In this document: positions 50,067-62,830 of the stretch, piece after piece
How positions within the stretch are numbered: the first letter of the stretch is position 1
Layout: the number at the start of each line of letters is the position of its first letter
From: Octopus bimaculoides
Lineage: Eukaryota
NCBI RefSeq assembly: GCF_001194135.2
Contig: NC_068981.1
Coordinates: 118,305,809 to 118,369,808 of the forward strand
Length of the DNA: 64,000 bases
Direction: 5' to 3'
Program-made: the position numbers and the translations under genes
Notes under the pieces: generated by a model
The model's database searches: none
Seen by the model: only the letters and a program-made list of their open reading frames with translations
Told to the model about the DNA's origin: nothing

Positions 50067-51010
50067 AATATATAAGTTTGTCGTTGAATATCCCGCTATC
50101 GCTATATAATTTGTCAGGGTGTCCTTAATATTGGACGTGACTCAAAAGTAACAATTTTCAAAACTTCAGCTTCCAATATATTGAATAAGATAACTTTTGG
50201 TATGGAGTACTCTCTTTTATCGGTCTTGTACATATTTATGTGATTCCAGATATACAGATATATGGTTACGTGTGAGCTTGTATGTCTACCCGTTATATAC
50301 TTGTTGAAATATATTGAAATATCGGGAATTCTATTCCCCAGTAGAGCACTATTACATGTCTCGCTAAATCTCCGAGGCAGTTATTTATTTGTCGATGATA
50401 TACAGAGAGACCACTCCGTTCCTGGTCGATTCACATACCATTCACTCGCGATATCAAAAGCTCTTCTATATTTTGTAGTCAAACATGTAACTACTTTTAT
50501 ACAACAATGACTGTGAAGTGAGTAATTATCAAAATACCTAGACGTCCTGCAAGCTAATTAGTGCTAAGTATACCATATTTTTTTCTTTATGCGCTATATT
50601 TACCGACCATTTTTCGTGTTTGTTTAACCCATGCAGACATAAATCATAACATCAACTTCCTGCTAAGTCACTGTGTACTTTCTGTGATACAATATCGCAA
50701 TTAGATGAAATTGTAATGCCTTGGCACGGGAGTGACAGTCTAATGTATGTGTGTGCGTTTGTTTCGCGTGTGTATAAGTTTCTGAGTGTATATGCATATT
50801 TATAACTATTCCAATGCACAGATGAACAAACAAACCTTTCATATTTGATAGATGACACATCGTGATAGACAACTGACGTTTAGGAATATCATTCTTTTTT
50901 CTATATAGTTTCGTCTTTCTCTTCTCCGTAATCAGACATTAAAACCTTCATTGAGCAAATGTATATAATAAATGATAAATGATATTTAAAGATATTTATG
51001 NNNNNNNNNN

Positions 51011-51213
51011 GGCTATTAATAAAATAAAATTGAAATTAAAATTAAGAACGACATTCATAGATTACTGTTATTTCTTGCATGCGCACGTGGTAATTCCAAC
51101 TGGTTCCAGTTGGAACCATGTTCAAGGAAAGGACCACGTGCGCATGCAAGAAATAACAGTAAACTATGAATGTCATTCTTAATTTTAATTTCAATTTTAT
51201 TTTATTAATAGCC
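51011..51213. repeat. Near-perfect palindrome (81 bp arms, 2 mismatches, 41 nt spacer with inner palindromes)
   Basis: 51011-51091 is the reverse complement of 51133-51213. The spacer contains ttccaactgg-tt-ccagttggaa. Confidence 0.92.
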
Positions 51214-51895
51214 TTTTTCTTTTTCTCACATATTTTATATTCATTTTTGATAAGGTTTTTCAAAAAAAACGAAACCTGTAAGTGAATTAAAACACCCAAA
51301 AAATGTTTTAAAAAAGCGGCATTTTCATTTTTATTCATTTTCAATATCTACTAACTCGTGTAGAACTTTTACAAATCTTTTCAAAGATATATATATATAT
51401 ATATAAATCTATATATGTATAAAAATGTATGTATATATATGTGTATATGTATATATGTATATATACGTATGTATATATATATGTATATGTATGTATGTAT
51501 GTATGTATGTATACATATCTATCTCCCTATCTATAATAGATAGGGAGATAGATACATACATGCATACATAGGTATATGCATATATAGAAATAGATGCATA
51601 CGCGCGCGCGTACATGAACGCGTGTGTATTTTATGTACTTCTAAAAAATAGGTGTATCATACTGGCATAATAATGCAACTGAACGAAAGAAAGGACTCTA
51701 TACAATTAAGTAAAGAAGACTATTTATGCAAAACGGAATCTGTATAAATCGACAGACCATGTTTTACATACATACATGCAATCATATATCCGTACATAGA
51801 TACACAGATGCATAAATATACGTATGTCCACATATATACGTGTNNNNNNNNNNATATACTTGTGTATGTGCATATATATGTATATATACACATAC

Positions 51896-51937
<42 letters not shown>

Positions 51938-52219
51938 GCGCACAGACACACTTGTATTTCATATCGAACATATGTATATCTAGAACATATGTAATCTGTA
52001 TAACTGATGTGAATAGGCTACCAAGACCTCAGATTATTATTTCCTTTGTATGATTTCTCCAGCGAAACTAATAACAAAACATAAATTGACATAAATAAGC
52101 CGATTTGAATTCTCAGCTATAATGCCCTGTCTTTCAGCTAGCCTTGCAATTGAGATTTTATATCTATTCCAATTGAAATGCAAATATTTCTTCTATTATT
52201 GTTATTTCTTCTATTATAA

Positions 52220-52800
52220 ATGCTTGCGGTGTATTGGCAGAATCGTTTTAATATTGAACGGAACACTGCTGTGTCTAATCCGTTCTGAGTTCAAATCACG
52301 ACGATGTCAGCTTTGTCTTTCTAACCTCCGGGGACCAATAAAAGAAATAGTTTATGAAGAACTGGGATCAATATAACTGATTATGGTGTCTTCATAAATG
52401 AGTTGTACGTGTATAACACAAATCATCCTAACTACAAGGGCTGTAAACTGGCAGTACTGTTAGAGACAATTCTTTCGGCTCTTTATGTTTGAGATCAAAT
52501 CTTGCTGAATTCAGCTTCACCTGTCTTCTTTTCAGAGTCCATAAAATAAAGTACCACCCAAGTACTATGGTCTACGCTATCGTCCAATCACCTCTCTCCA
52601 AAATCTTTAGTCTTTTGAGAAAGTTAGAAGAATTACTGTGAAAGCGGCAAGCTGGCAGAATCGTTACCACGTCGGACAAAATGTCTGGAGACATTTCTTC
52701 CGGCATTCTACATTCTGGGTTTATAATCCGACCGAGGCCACCTTTTTCTTTCGTTCTTTTATGGTCGATACAATAAAGTACCAACTCGGGTCGACTTATT
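52220..52800 (+). mobile_element. Cluster of three degraded SINE family A copies (~52220-52380, 52480-52570, 52623-52800)
   Basis: Each carries an ggcagaatcgtt and/or gttctgagttcaaat-like core and an ataaaataaagtacc-like segment. Confidence 0.75.
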
Positions 52801-53439
52801 AAAAAGAATCGCTGAGGAATCCAGAAAATATCTTCTGAACTATATTAACTTTTTCGATAGTTCGGAGTTCAAATCCTAACGCATTAGATATTTTTTTATT
52901 ATACTGGAATCGAATTTATTAACTACATCTTCCCTCAATGTGTGACTTTTCATTGATGTCAGAAACTATTATTTAGCAATTAACGAAGAGAGTGGCGGCA
53001 TTCAGAATAAGGTTAGAATTCCCTCTGAACAAACAATTATAAGGACAGTTTATTGCGCCACAGATCAGGCATCTTTTATGTTTTGAATTCAAATATCCGT
53101 ACGTGTGTCTTTATCTGCCATAATTAAGACCTTACTAAAATAAAGTACCTGTTAAGTAATGGGTCTATATCATGCTTTGATCGACTCCTTCAGTATTTCT
53201 AGTCCTGTACCTATATTAGAAATTATTGTGAGGAGGCGCATGGCAGAAACAAAGGAAGGAGGACAAAATACATTGCAGGATTTTTGTTGTATGTTTTAAC
53301 AATTTCAGTTCAAGACTTGTCGTCACTGACTATTTTTTAACAATGTACACTCGAGAAAATGAGCGTTTGTTTAGAATGTGTAACGATTTCATCGACTATG
53401 GTATTTCCTTAACCTTTATAGCATTATGTTAGAATATAT

Positions 53440-53645
53440 TAGTTTCAAATTTTAGCACGAGGTCAGCAATTTCGTGGCAGGAACTATGTCGATTACATCG
53501 ACCTAAGTGCTCAACTGTACTCGTTTTATCGACTCTGAAAGGGATGAAAGAAAAAGTGGACCTCAGCAGAATTTGAACTCAAAGCGTAAACATGGATAAA
53601 ATGCTACTAAGCATTTTGTCCGGTATGCTAACGACTCTACCGTCT
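53440..53645 (-). mobile_element. tRNA-derived SINE family A
   Basis: tcaaattttagcacgaggtcagcaatttcg...gtggacctcagcagaatttgaactcaaagcgtaa...ggtatgctaacgactctacc. Confidence 0.85.
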
Positions 53646-54740
53646 TATTATGCTAGAATATATTAATATATCATGACTTAAGTTAATATATTTACTTATG
53701 TTGCAAACTCCCTAATGGAAACGCCTTTCATCCAGGCCAAAGCTAATACTGATGAAAATGATGACGTTGATGACGGTAATGGTGTTTTGCACTTCTTCTT
53801 TCTTTCTTTCTTTCTTTCATGTATGTACTTTATATCCGTTCATAAAATGTCTTTCAAATTTGACACCTAAATAATATCCAAAGTGTGAGAAATTCGACGG
53901 TCAACTTTCTCATAACTAGAATGACATGTTTGAATAAGGAAATTGTTTTCTTTACATAAAGTCTATATTCAATGGCGAAATTAATTCTTAATAGACTTCC
54001 TGATCGTCTATTAAATAAATTGAAAAATATTGTTGTTATAATAATATTATGCAAGAGGAAATAAATTATTTAAAAACAAGGTTTAATGTTTTCTTTCTTA
54101 ACAGAACTTTCTGACATTTTCTACGCACATACATGTATGACGTGTTTGTTTAGACACTAAATTTCGAAGTCCACTATAATTAAGTATGTCAAGGTAAAAA
54201 TCTAGATTTCAAGGAAACTGCTGACGATCGTCGACAATTGATTTCATAGGATTAAATATGCATTTCTTTCATTTTCTTCGCATTAATATAAGGATTAGAT
54301 CCTTCTGTCTGTAAAATACAGGGAATTAAGCGAGGTGCTTAAACCACTGTTGCGACTTTTTCTCAAGAGAAATATTTCGACTCAGTTGATTTATGATAAT
54401 TGGTGATCGATTAGCAGACACATGCTGTGTAGTAATTGTTCCAGCAGTTTGCATTCTGATGTCAAACTCCGCTGACATGAACATTATTTTTCATCCTTCC
54501 GATTGCATAACACATTACTAGTCAGGTATTAGGTTTAATTCTTCACTTTCTCACAATTGATTACGCTTCACAGTATAGAAGTGGAAGGCCACTCACAGTG
54601 TCTAAAATGAATGTAGGAGTGTTGGATGAGGGACTAACAACTACTTCTGATCTAGCATGCTAAAAAATAAGACGTTCCAATGTAGATATATAACATAGCT
54701 GTCGGGGCTAGTCCATTGTTCTGTGCGGCACTGTATTAAC

Positions 54741-55119
54741 GTGGCACTCCGTCGGTTACACCGACGAAGGTTCCAGTTGATCTGATCAACGGAACAGCCC
54801 ACTCGTGAAATTAACGTGCAACTGGCTGAGTACTCCACAGACACGTACATCCTTAACGAAGTTCTTGGGGAGATTCAGCGTGACACAGAGTGTGACAAGG
54901 TTGGACCTTCAAAATGCAGGTACAACAGAAGCAGGAAGAAAGATCGTGAGAGACTTGTGGTGAAAGACTACAGCAGGGTTCGCCACCACCTCCTGCTGGA
55001 GCCTCGTGGAGATATAAATGTTTTCGCTCAATAAACACTCACAACACCCGTCTGGGAATCGAAACTGCGATCCTACGACCGCGAGTCCGCCGCCCTAACC
55101 ACTGGACCATTGCGCCTCC
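54741..55119 (-). mobile_element. tRNA-derived SINE family D, full length (~380 bp)
   Basis: Minus-strand head ggaggcgcaatggtccagtggttagggcggcggactcgcggtcgtaggatcgcagtttcgattccc has clear A-box (TGGTCCAGTGG) and B-box (GTTTCGATTCC). The tail is ...gatcaactggaaccttcgtcggtgtaaccgacggagtgcca. Confidence 0.9.
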
Positions 55120-56279
55120 ACGCAGCACTATATGGTATTCAAAAGACTACGCTAGAGTGTCCAATGAAAATGATGAACCATACAATTGTCCACTCTTCTC
55201 GCGAAAATTAGAACCTATCAATCACAAGAAACATACTGACATGAAAATCCTGAATAACATCGGAATATAACATCAGAAAAGCTCAATTAACGATCTAGTC
55301 TCTCAAAGCGGTAATGTTCTTCCTAAACATGTTGCTCTTACCTATAAAGAATGGAGTTTCGACCTAATTTAATATATATCATCATCATCATCATCATCAT
55401 CAATCGAAATACGAAAACACATAATTCATGCAGTAGCATTTTCAACTATTTTAATCTACTGCTCAAGATAGAGAGTTAAAAACGGTATAATTCCCACCAG
55501 TCAGCAGACTTCGTATTTATATAAGACAGAAATAGATTACTGGGACACCCATGTCATTGAAAATGACTGCAACAAAAGTGTAGGCTTCAAGAAAGAATGA
55601 GAACTACGTTGATCACTCTGCTTAACTATTGCTCAGGTGTACATTTTATCTAATTCTTGAAATATTGAATTGGATTTCTTGACTAAAAAAATGTTCAATC
55701 CTTAATGAAGTGTGAAATGCACAGCTGCAAGGAATAATACGTGTTAATACAATGGATCCAGAAATGAAATCATTCTCGTGTCTTAAAACTCATAAAATTT
55801 CTTCATTACTTCCTCTCATAGATCCAAATTATTGTTATTAATAAATATTGCTCATCCTTGTAGAAAATGCAATACTTTTTGTTTTTTTTAGAAACAAGCG
55901 CTCCCTTAGCTTCTGGCACTAATCTTTCATTACAGTATTACAACATGTCAACGTAGATTCAACATGAACTACTTCGACTAAGACTTATGCTAATATATCA
56001 TATCAAACATATCTAGCACGCACGTGTCACCCTGATCCCATGGATGTGAGAGATGCTGATCTGTTTTATCTTTTGCCTATTATTTTTCTTTTTACTTCTT
56101 TGAGTACATATTGGATCAATATATCAGCAGCTAATAGTTATACTGGTCGTTTACTTTCCTCTAATCTATATTTAATACATCATTTGAGTGAGGATGATGT
56201 AGCACTGTTGGAAAATGAAGATGAAAGCGAAAGGAAAAATAACTGTAATAGTGAAAGAATTTAGAAGTCAAACTAAAGG

Positions 56280-56754
56280 AGTTTGATTATTGCTTTATGT
56301 TTATTTTTGTTACTTGTAGAAGTGGAGGGTGGAGAGGTAGAGTGAAAGCATTGTAGACACAGAAGGCAACGAGACTAAAGTATAGTGAAACAGGTAGTGT
56401 GCTTATGTGGGATGCTGTGGCAGCTCGAGATATGTTGCTTAAGGTAAGGTGCAATTGGATAATACCGTTGGGGGTTGGCAGGTGAAGTAAAAAAGAAATA
56501 ACTAGTGTGGGGGAGACGATAGAAGAGAGGAAACAGTGAACAACGCTTAGAAGTTCAGAGGTTTAATGCGCGTACAAATACTGTAGAAAGGAAGACACTT
56601 TCAGAACTCTGCACTCGCGGCGAGGGAGAGGAGGGGAGACAGCAGTGAAATGATTGAGAGGTCGATGGAGGAGATGCAAGTGAAATGGAGTGGGTGGTGG
56701 GGAAACAGGGAAGCAGGAGAGGGGAGGAGAAATGCATTAAAACTAAAATCACCT

Positions 56755-56786
<32 letters not shown>

Positions 56787-56930
56787 ATACGACTACTACT
56801 CTAAATAACTCGCTTTGTGTTACTAAACTGGCAGGCTTCTCAATGAGCTGCCACCTTTGCCACTGTTCCAACTTTCGTCAACCGCCCTACCCAATGTCAT
56901 TGTGTGACATCACAGGAAGGAAAAGATTCC
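56280..56930. promoter_or_regulatory. Candidate Pol II promoter or first-exon region
   Basis: Unique, strand-skewed, GC/CpG-richer block (gcgcgtac, ctcgcggcgagg). A GC-box (ccgccc), CCAAT and CRE/ATF-like tgtgacatcaca cluster within ~35 bp at ~56882-56914. Motif-only evidence. Confidence 0.3.
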
Positions 56931-56976
56931 TAACTTTTCACCGTCTTTTCTCCATCGTCTATATCCTATATTTCTC

Positions 56977-57598
56977 AATATTCTATCACTGTAAGGCAGC
57001 GAGATGGCAGAATCGTTAGCACACCGAGCGAAATGCTTGGCGGTATTTCGTCTGTTTTTACGTTCTGAGTTAAAATTCCGCCGAGGTCGACTTTGCCTTT
57101 CATCCTTTCGGGGGTCGATAAATTAAGTACCAGTTGCGTACTAGAATCGATCTAATCGATTGGATCCCTCCCACAAAATTTCGAGCCTTGTACCTAGAGT
57201 AGAAAAGAATATTCTATCATTGTAAGGCGGCGAGCTGGCAGTATCTTTAGCACCGCCGAGGTCGACTTTGCCATTCATCCTTTCGGGATCGATAAATTGT
57301 CAGTTGTGTACTGGTGTGGATCTAATCGACTGGCCCACTCCCCCAAAATTTCGGGCCTTGTGCCTACAGTAGAAAAGAAAAGAATAATCTATCACTGTAA
57401 GGCAGCGAGCTGGCAGTGTCGTTAGCACACCGGGCGAAATGTATGGCGGTATTGCGTCTGCCTTTATGTTCTGAGTTCAAATTCCGCCCAGGTCGACTTT
57501 GCCGTTCATCCTTTCAGAGTCGATAAATTAAGTACCAGTTGGCCTCTTCCCCAAAAATTTCGGGCCTTGTGCCTACAGTAGAAAAGAATATTCTATCA
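56977..57598 (+). mobile_element. Head-to-tail trimer of SINE family A
   Basis: Units start at 56993, 57224 and 57399. The spacer aatattctatca (one variant, aataatctatca) occurs four times: 56977, 57208, 57383, 57587. Confidence 0.92.
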
Positions 57599-57659
57599 GC
57601 GTCCCTGTACTTCATTTTACAACTCCGCCTCACATATTGCTTCCTCCATTATGCAACTC

Positions 57660-58440
57660 TTTCCCTTTATCGTGTCTCTTTCTTACCCTATCTCTATCTC
57701 TCTTATTCTCTCTTTCTCTCCCTTCTCTGTCTGTCTTTCTTTTCTCTCTCCCCTCTCTTTCTCTCTCTGTCTCTCTCCCCTCTTTTTCTCTCTCTGTCTC
57801 TCTCTCCTCTCTCCCTCTCTCTCTCTCTCTCTCTTTCGACTGTTCAATAGTATTCCCTTCTCACACACCATTTTTTCACCCACTCACGCTTATTCACTCA
57901 CTTTCTCCTCCTCCACTCTCTCTTTTACCCACCATTCTCTCCTTCTCCTCCTCCTCCACCTCTCTCTCTCTATGTATTTCATTCAAATTTCATTTCTATC
58001 GCAGACTACTCTAATCGTCCTATTTGTGTGCTCTTACTCCTTTGCATGCTCTTGTCCCAATACCATCCATCTTCTCTCATTGTGTTTATTTGTACTCGTG
58101 ATATATCAATATTAATATTCTGTCTCTGCCTCTCTCTCTCTTATATGTATGTGCGCGTGTGTGTGTGTATATATGTGTATACCTGCGCACGCGCTTGAAT
58201 GTGTGTGCACGTGTGTACATCTATGTATGTGTGTATATGTGGTGTGTTATGTATAAATCTATGTATGCATCCCAGATTTTCCTTCTTATTCTTTTACCTT
58301 CTACAGTCACTTCCGTTCTGATTACCTTTTACACTATTTCTCTCTCACACTCTTTCCATCTCTCTCTCTTTCTCTCTCTTTGTTTCTCTCTTTTTCTCGC
58401 TCCTGTCTTTCTCTATATCACAACCTCTCCCTATTCTCTC
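57660..58440. repeat. Extended CT-rich and GT-rich low-complexity tract
   Basis: Direct inspection; source of the Leu/Ser/Phe-rich ORFs. Confidence 0.9.
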
Positions 58441-60589
58441 CTATTTTAAATTATCTCCTCTCATTGCACGCTATTTTTAATTAAAACTTTATGCTTGATA
58501 TCTTCCAATGCCACCCAAACTGATTTGATTGCAACTCTTACATCTATTACATTATCATGATGATTTTTTCAGTTTTTTTTTTCGCTTTGGTTGTTATTTT
58601 TGTTAATCTACCATTCATATTTAAGTGTTGTATTTATTTTTTAGATGAAATATTTTGCTTGTTTTATGTGAGGATTACATATATTTCAATAATATTTCGT
58701 CGTGAATAACATATAAGAGACTGTCCTGAGAATATAGATTTATTCTTATTTTTAAGAAAATAGGAAATAAAAAAAAATGAAATCAATGAAACATAATGAA
58801 CAAATAAAGAAGTAAATGAAAAGCAATAATTCATTGTGTTCTCACATCGCCACATCTATAAAGTGCCTCATTTTACGTGACAACAAGTAATAAAGCTTAA
58901 ACTCAATTTTAAACATAATAAAAAAAGTTATTGAGACGATTGGCACAGCTCTTGCTCGAAATGTCTTCATATTCTGTTTTATAAACAGCATTATTCTGAG
59001 ATATAGTAATTGTTTTTATCTTTGAAGATAAAACCAGTCACTTACGAGCTGATTTCTTTTGGATGGCATAACAAAGAATGTAAAAAAATTGCTAATGATA
59101 ATTATTTTCCTGTTTATATTAATAGGCCTCATTAGAAGAAAGATGTCACACATGTTGCAGTAGATGGTATATTTACATCACGAAAATCGCGGTGAGCCCA
59201 CTTAAAAACATACCGGATTATATTTTGTCACCGGTATTGTATTTCAGCTGAGTTTATTCTATTTTATTTTAATGATTTTATATGGAGAAAGGCAATTCCA
59301 TTTCATACCTTCGAAAATCAGCCTAATCAAAACGATTTTGATTTCTCTTGAGCAATTGCATGTTGACTGCAGGAAAAGTCATTAGCCTCGTGGTTATACT
59401 AGAGGGCTTATACAGCGTCGGGATGCTGATTGAGTGATCTTCTATGACTAAGACACTCAACTCTAAAATAATCTTCAACATCTGCATCTATTTATACCGA
59501 TGTATATAACTCACCAGTGTAAACAGACGAAACACTTACGTAATTGATAAATATTTTCGTTTGTTTGTAGTATATAAATCAAAATCTTCGCATAACATTT
59601 AACCGATTCAGTGATTTGCCTTCAACGCATACTTGAGTCAACAAAATCGTAATTTCATGCCATACATAGTTATTCTGATTAATGACTCAGACAAAATTCT
59701 TAGGTGACTCACTAAATTATTCTATTTTATTCTAAATATTGTATTCACGTGACAAGCTTTTTTACAAAACAACTGACTTTATAGTTTAGCATGGAAGAGA
59801 AGACCTTCAAGAGTCATTTATTAGAATTCAGTTTTGTATTCCTAAATTAAAACGAAATGTTAGGTAACACCTCTCATGGCTCAAGGAACTGTTAATCTTT
59901 GATTCTCAATTGATATGATTATTTTTACACTAAAACACATGTTACTTGTATGAAGTGAAAGAGAAATTTTAAAATTCATTGTATTATGTTTAGTAGATGG
60001 ATATATTAGAACGTCAGTAAAAGTAATTTAACCCTTCAGAGTTCATATCCTATTTAGTCCCTATATATTTAGATATGAAATAGTTAAGTTGATTTTATTG
60101 GATAAACTAGAAACGTAGATTTAGCTTCGCACCTTGTCAAAAGTGATCTATACTTCATAATAGTAGTTTCCTTCAGCTACTTCTATATAATTTTCTTCTG
60201 TGCTTAACTTATTCTTTATGCAAATGAAAAGAGAGGAATATCAAAACTCCAAATATATCTTCCCTAAGTATTGTGCAGCTAATCACATCCTATATTGAGA
60301 TATTGATGAAATCGGAAATCAAAACCAGAAGATTTAATTAAATACCTCTACAGTAGAATTTGTACACAAAATGAAATGGTGGCTGTCTTTCACATCAAAT
60401 TCAAACCAAATATTTGCTTTCTTGATTTTCCAATTTTTGTTTCCGCATAGAGATTAAACGATAATAGATTTCTTTTTCTCGATTTTCTTTGCTTCTTTCA
60501 ATAGGCTCAAATCAAAAGAGCCCAGATGTTACCTAATTTAGTTAGTATTTAGAAGTGGGAAACCTAGGTGCTGCAAGCATTCCGTTTTT

Positions 60590-60650
60590 TCATAAAGGCG
60601 GTGCTACTGCATAGCCACAGTCAAATGGCTGAAACAAGTAAAAGAATAAA
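60590..60650 (+). mobile_element. SINE family B 3' tail fragment
   Basis: aaaggcggtgctactgcatagccacagtcaaatggctgaaacaagtaaaagaataa matches the tail of 49636-50066. A similar minus-strand tail lies at ~46685-46730. Confidence 0.75.
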
Positions 60651-62629
60651 CTAAAAGAATGTATCTCAAAACATTCAGATGCCTATTTGGTTTCAACCTT
60701 GTTCTTTTGTTGAATTTATAGCTTTAAATTATGTGGTTTGCTAAACAATATATTAAACATATAAACAATTACTGTGAAGAAATATAACAGTTTGTTCGAA
60801 TTTAAAAGCAACAGCTTCATTCGTTTTATCTTGTTGATATTATTTACTTCACACTTAAGTATTATATGAATCAAATACTTTGGAAATAGTGCAAAACTTG
60901 CTTGCATCTTAGTTGAATTTAAAACGAACTTATCTCTGAATTCGTCAATAGATTGAGTAAACTATACAGTGTGAGACAAGGAGCATAGCCAAAGCTGGAA
61001 TCCTAGTTTTAATATTTGAAACAGAATGGACTAAGCAAATAAGTCCGAAGACCAAATAATGAAATATAACGAGTCATAAACTAGTGTTACCACAGAAGAA
61101 CTGGTTTTACCTATATAGGATTGGGGTATACAGGCTTAACGTCTATACAAGTTCACTGACAAGGCTGAGCCGACCGGGGACAACTCAGAAGTTTAATATG
61201 TAAATGTTCAATGCACTCGAAATCAACAGACAGCCGTTGAAAGTGAAAAATCATCAAACTATATGTAAGATTTCCGTTTACGGTTAGTAACTTACAAATA
61301 TTAGCGAGAATCTTTACAGCTAAGAACCAATAAACGATGTTGGTTTATATAAACATTAACAGTTCTTCCTAATTACATAAATTTTTAAAGGTTATTTTCC
61401 TTGCTTTGATTAAAGTGTACGCTTGAACTTCTTTTGACACATATAATGGACGTTACTACACAAAAGTTTCTATAAACAAAGTAGAACATGGCAATGTATC
61501 AAAATACTTGTATAAAATGTTGCCTCCGATGACTCTAGTTCTGTTTAGAAATTCATAAAGTAATATCTCTTCCATCCTTGCAGAAACTGAAGAATCAACA
61601 GAGACGTTTCGGAAATATTCGAAAGCCAATCTGTATTTAATATTCACTGCATGAAAATATATTTATGCCATTATTTTCTAGAAGAATGTAAAGAATTGAT
61701 CGTCCTGGGTAAAAAGACAAAAACCCTTGTCCCTCAGAAAGCACGCCAATCGGCTGGAATTCATGAATTATTCCCTCCAGGAATTATTATTATCTCCAGG
61801 AATCAGCTATCTTTTAAGAGGACAAGGGTTAGCTAACTACAACCCCATGAAATGTTAAATACATTCTTTTCGTAGACAAAGAAATTTGTATATCTTAAAG
61901 CATGCGAACACTTGTGCAAATGCTGAGGCGATTAAAACAATGAGGACAACAATGTTTTGTCTTCTAAGATGAATTATGGAAAAAAGAAATCATGTGCTGC
62001 AACATTTTTAAGTAGTTTTCTGCATAAGAAAATTTTGTTGACGGGTTTCTAAGCATCCCACCATCGACAAATTAGTCAGGTGCCTACAGTCGCTGTTTAT
62101 ACTGTTCACTAAAAGTAATACATTTATGTGGCATGATGAAATTCCCCACCAATAAAGAACTACTTTCATTTAAACATTTTATTTTTTCGCCACGATTATT
62201 CGGCTGGAAGATAGAAAAGAATGAAGTTTCTCTTTCTTCAAGATCATAATTTTATGCAAATTTGTTGAAAATCTTGGTTGATATGACCTTATTAGAAAGA
62301 TAATTACGCATGCCATATAAAAGGTCACACACACTCATTGGATTTTTTCGAGATAATACAAGAAGCATTTTTCCTTCATTAATACAGTTTAGTCAAATTA
62401 ATTTTCATTGAATTAAATTAATACTAATGATCTCTAATTTAAGCACAAACCAAACAAATATTTAGAGGCGGGTTTTCTTTGATCATTACTATTGATCTCT
62501 GAAGCAGATTGATGTATCATTTTGTCAAACCACGATTGAAAAGCAAAATGAGATTGGCAAGATTTGAACTTGGGACATAAACAGCTGGTGCTCTAATGAT
62601 TATACCCATTCGGGAAACTTTAAATTAAT

Positions 62630-62830
62630 ATTGGTTTTAAATTTTGGCACCAGGCTAACAATTTCGGGGAGGTGATAAGTCGATTACGTCGACCCCAGTA
62701 CTCAACTGGTACTTATTTTATCGACCCTGAGAGGATGAAAGGCAAATTTGAACTCAGAATGCAGAGAGGGACAAAATTCCGTTAAACATTTTGTCCAGCC
62801 TGCTAATGATTCTGGCAGCTGGCTACCTTG
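62630..62830 (-). mobile_element. tRNA-derived SINE family A
   Basis: ttttaaattttggcaccaggctaacaatttcgggg...gtcgaccccagtactcaactggtacttattttatcgaccctgagaggatgaaaggcaaatttgaactcagaatg...gctaatgattctggcagctggc. Confidence 0.9.

Noticed and set aside
50115-50200. cagggtgtcc Tc1-like terminus
   Set aside because: It is not preceded by TA and no matching opposite TIR was found nearby.
54741-55119. tRNA-like sequence as a functional tRNA gene
   Set aside because: The A/B boxes continue into a ~300 bp SINE body and tail and there is no matching acceptor stem. The same applies to the other SINE heads.
56977-57598. Regularly spaced short repeat with long spacers, superficially CRISPR-like
   Set aside because: The spacers are homologous SINE copies of 170-230 bp in a eukaryotic context with no cas genes.
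61722-61830. 11 bp inverted repeat (aacccttgtcc / ggacaagggtt) suggesting a tiny piggyBac-like MITE
   Set aside because: The TTAA target sites are not intact and an 11 bp match alone is insufficient.
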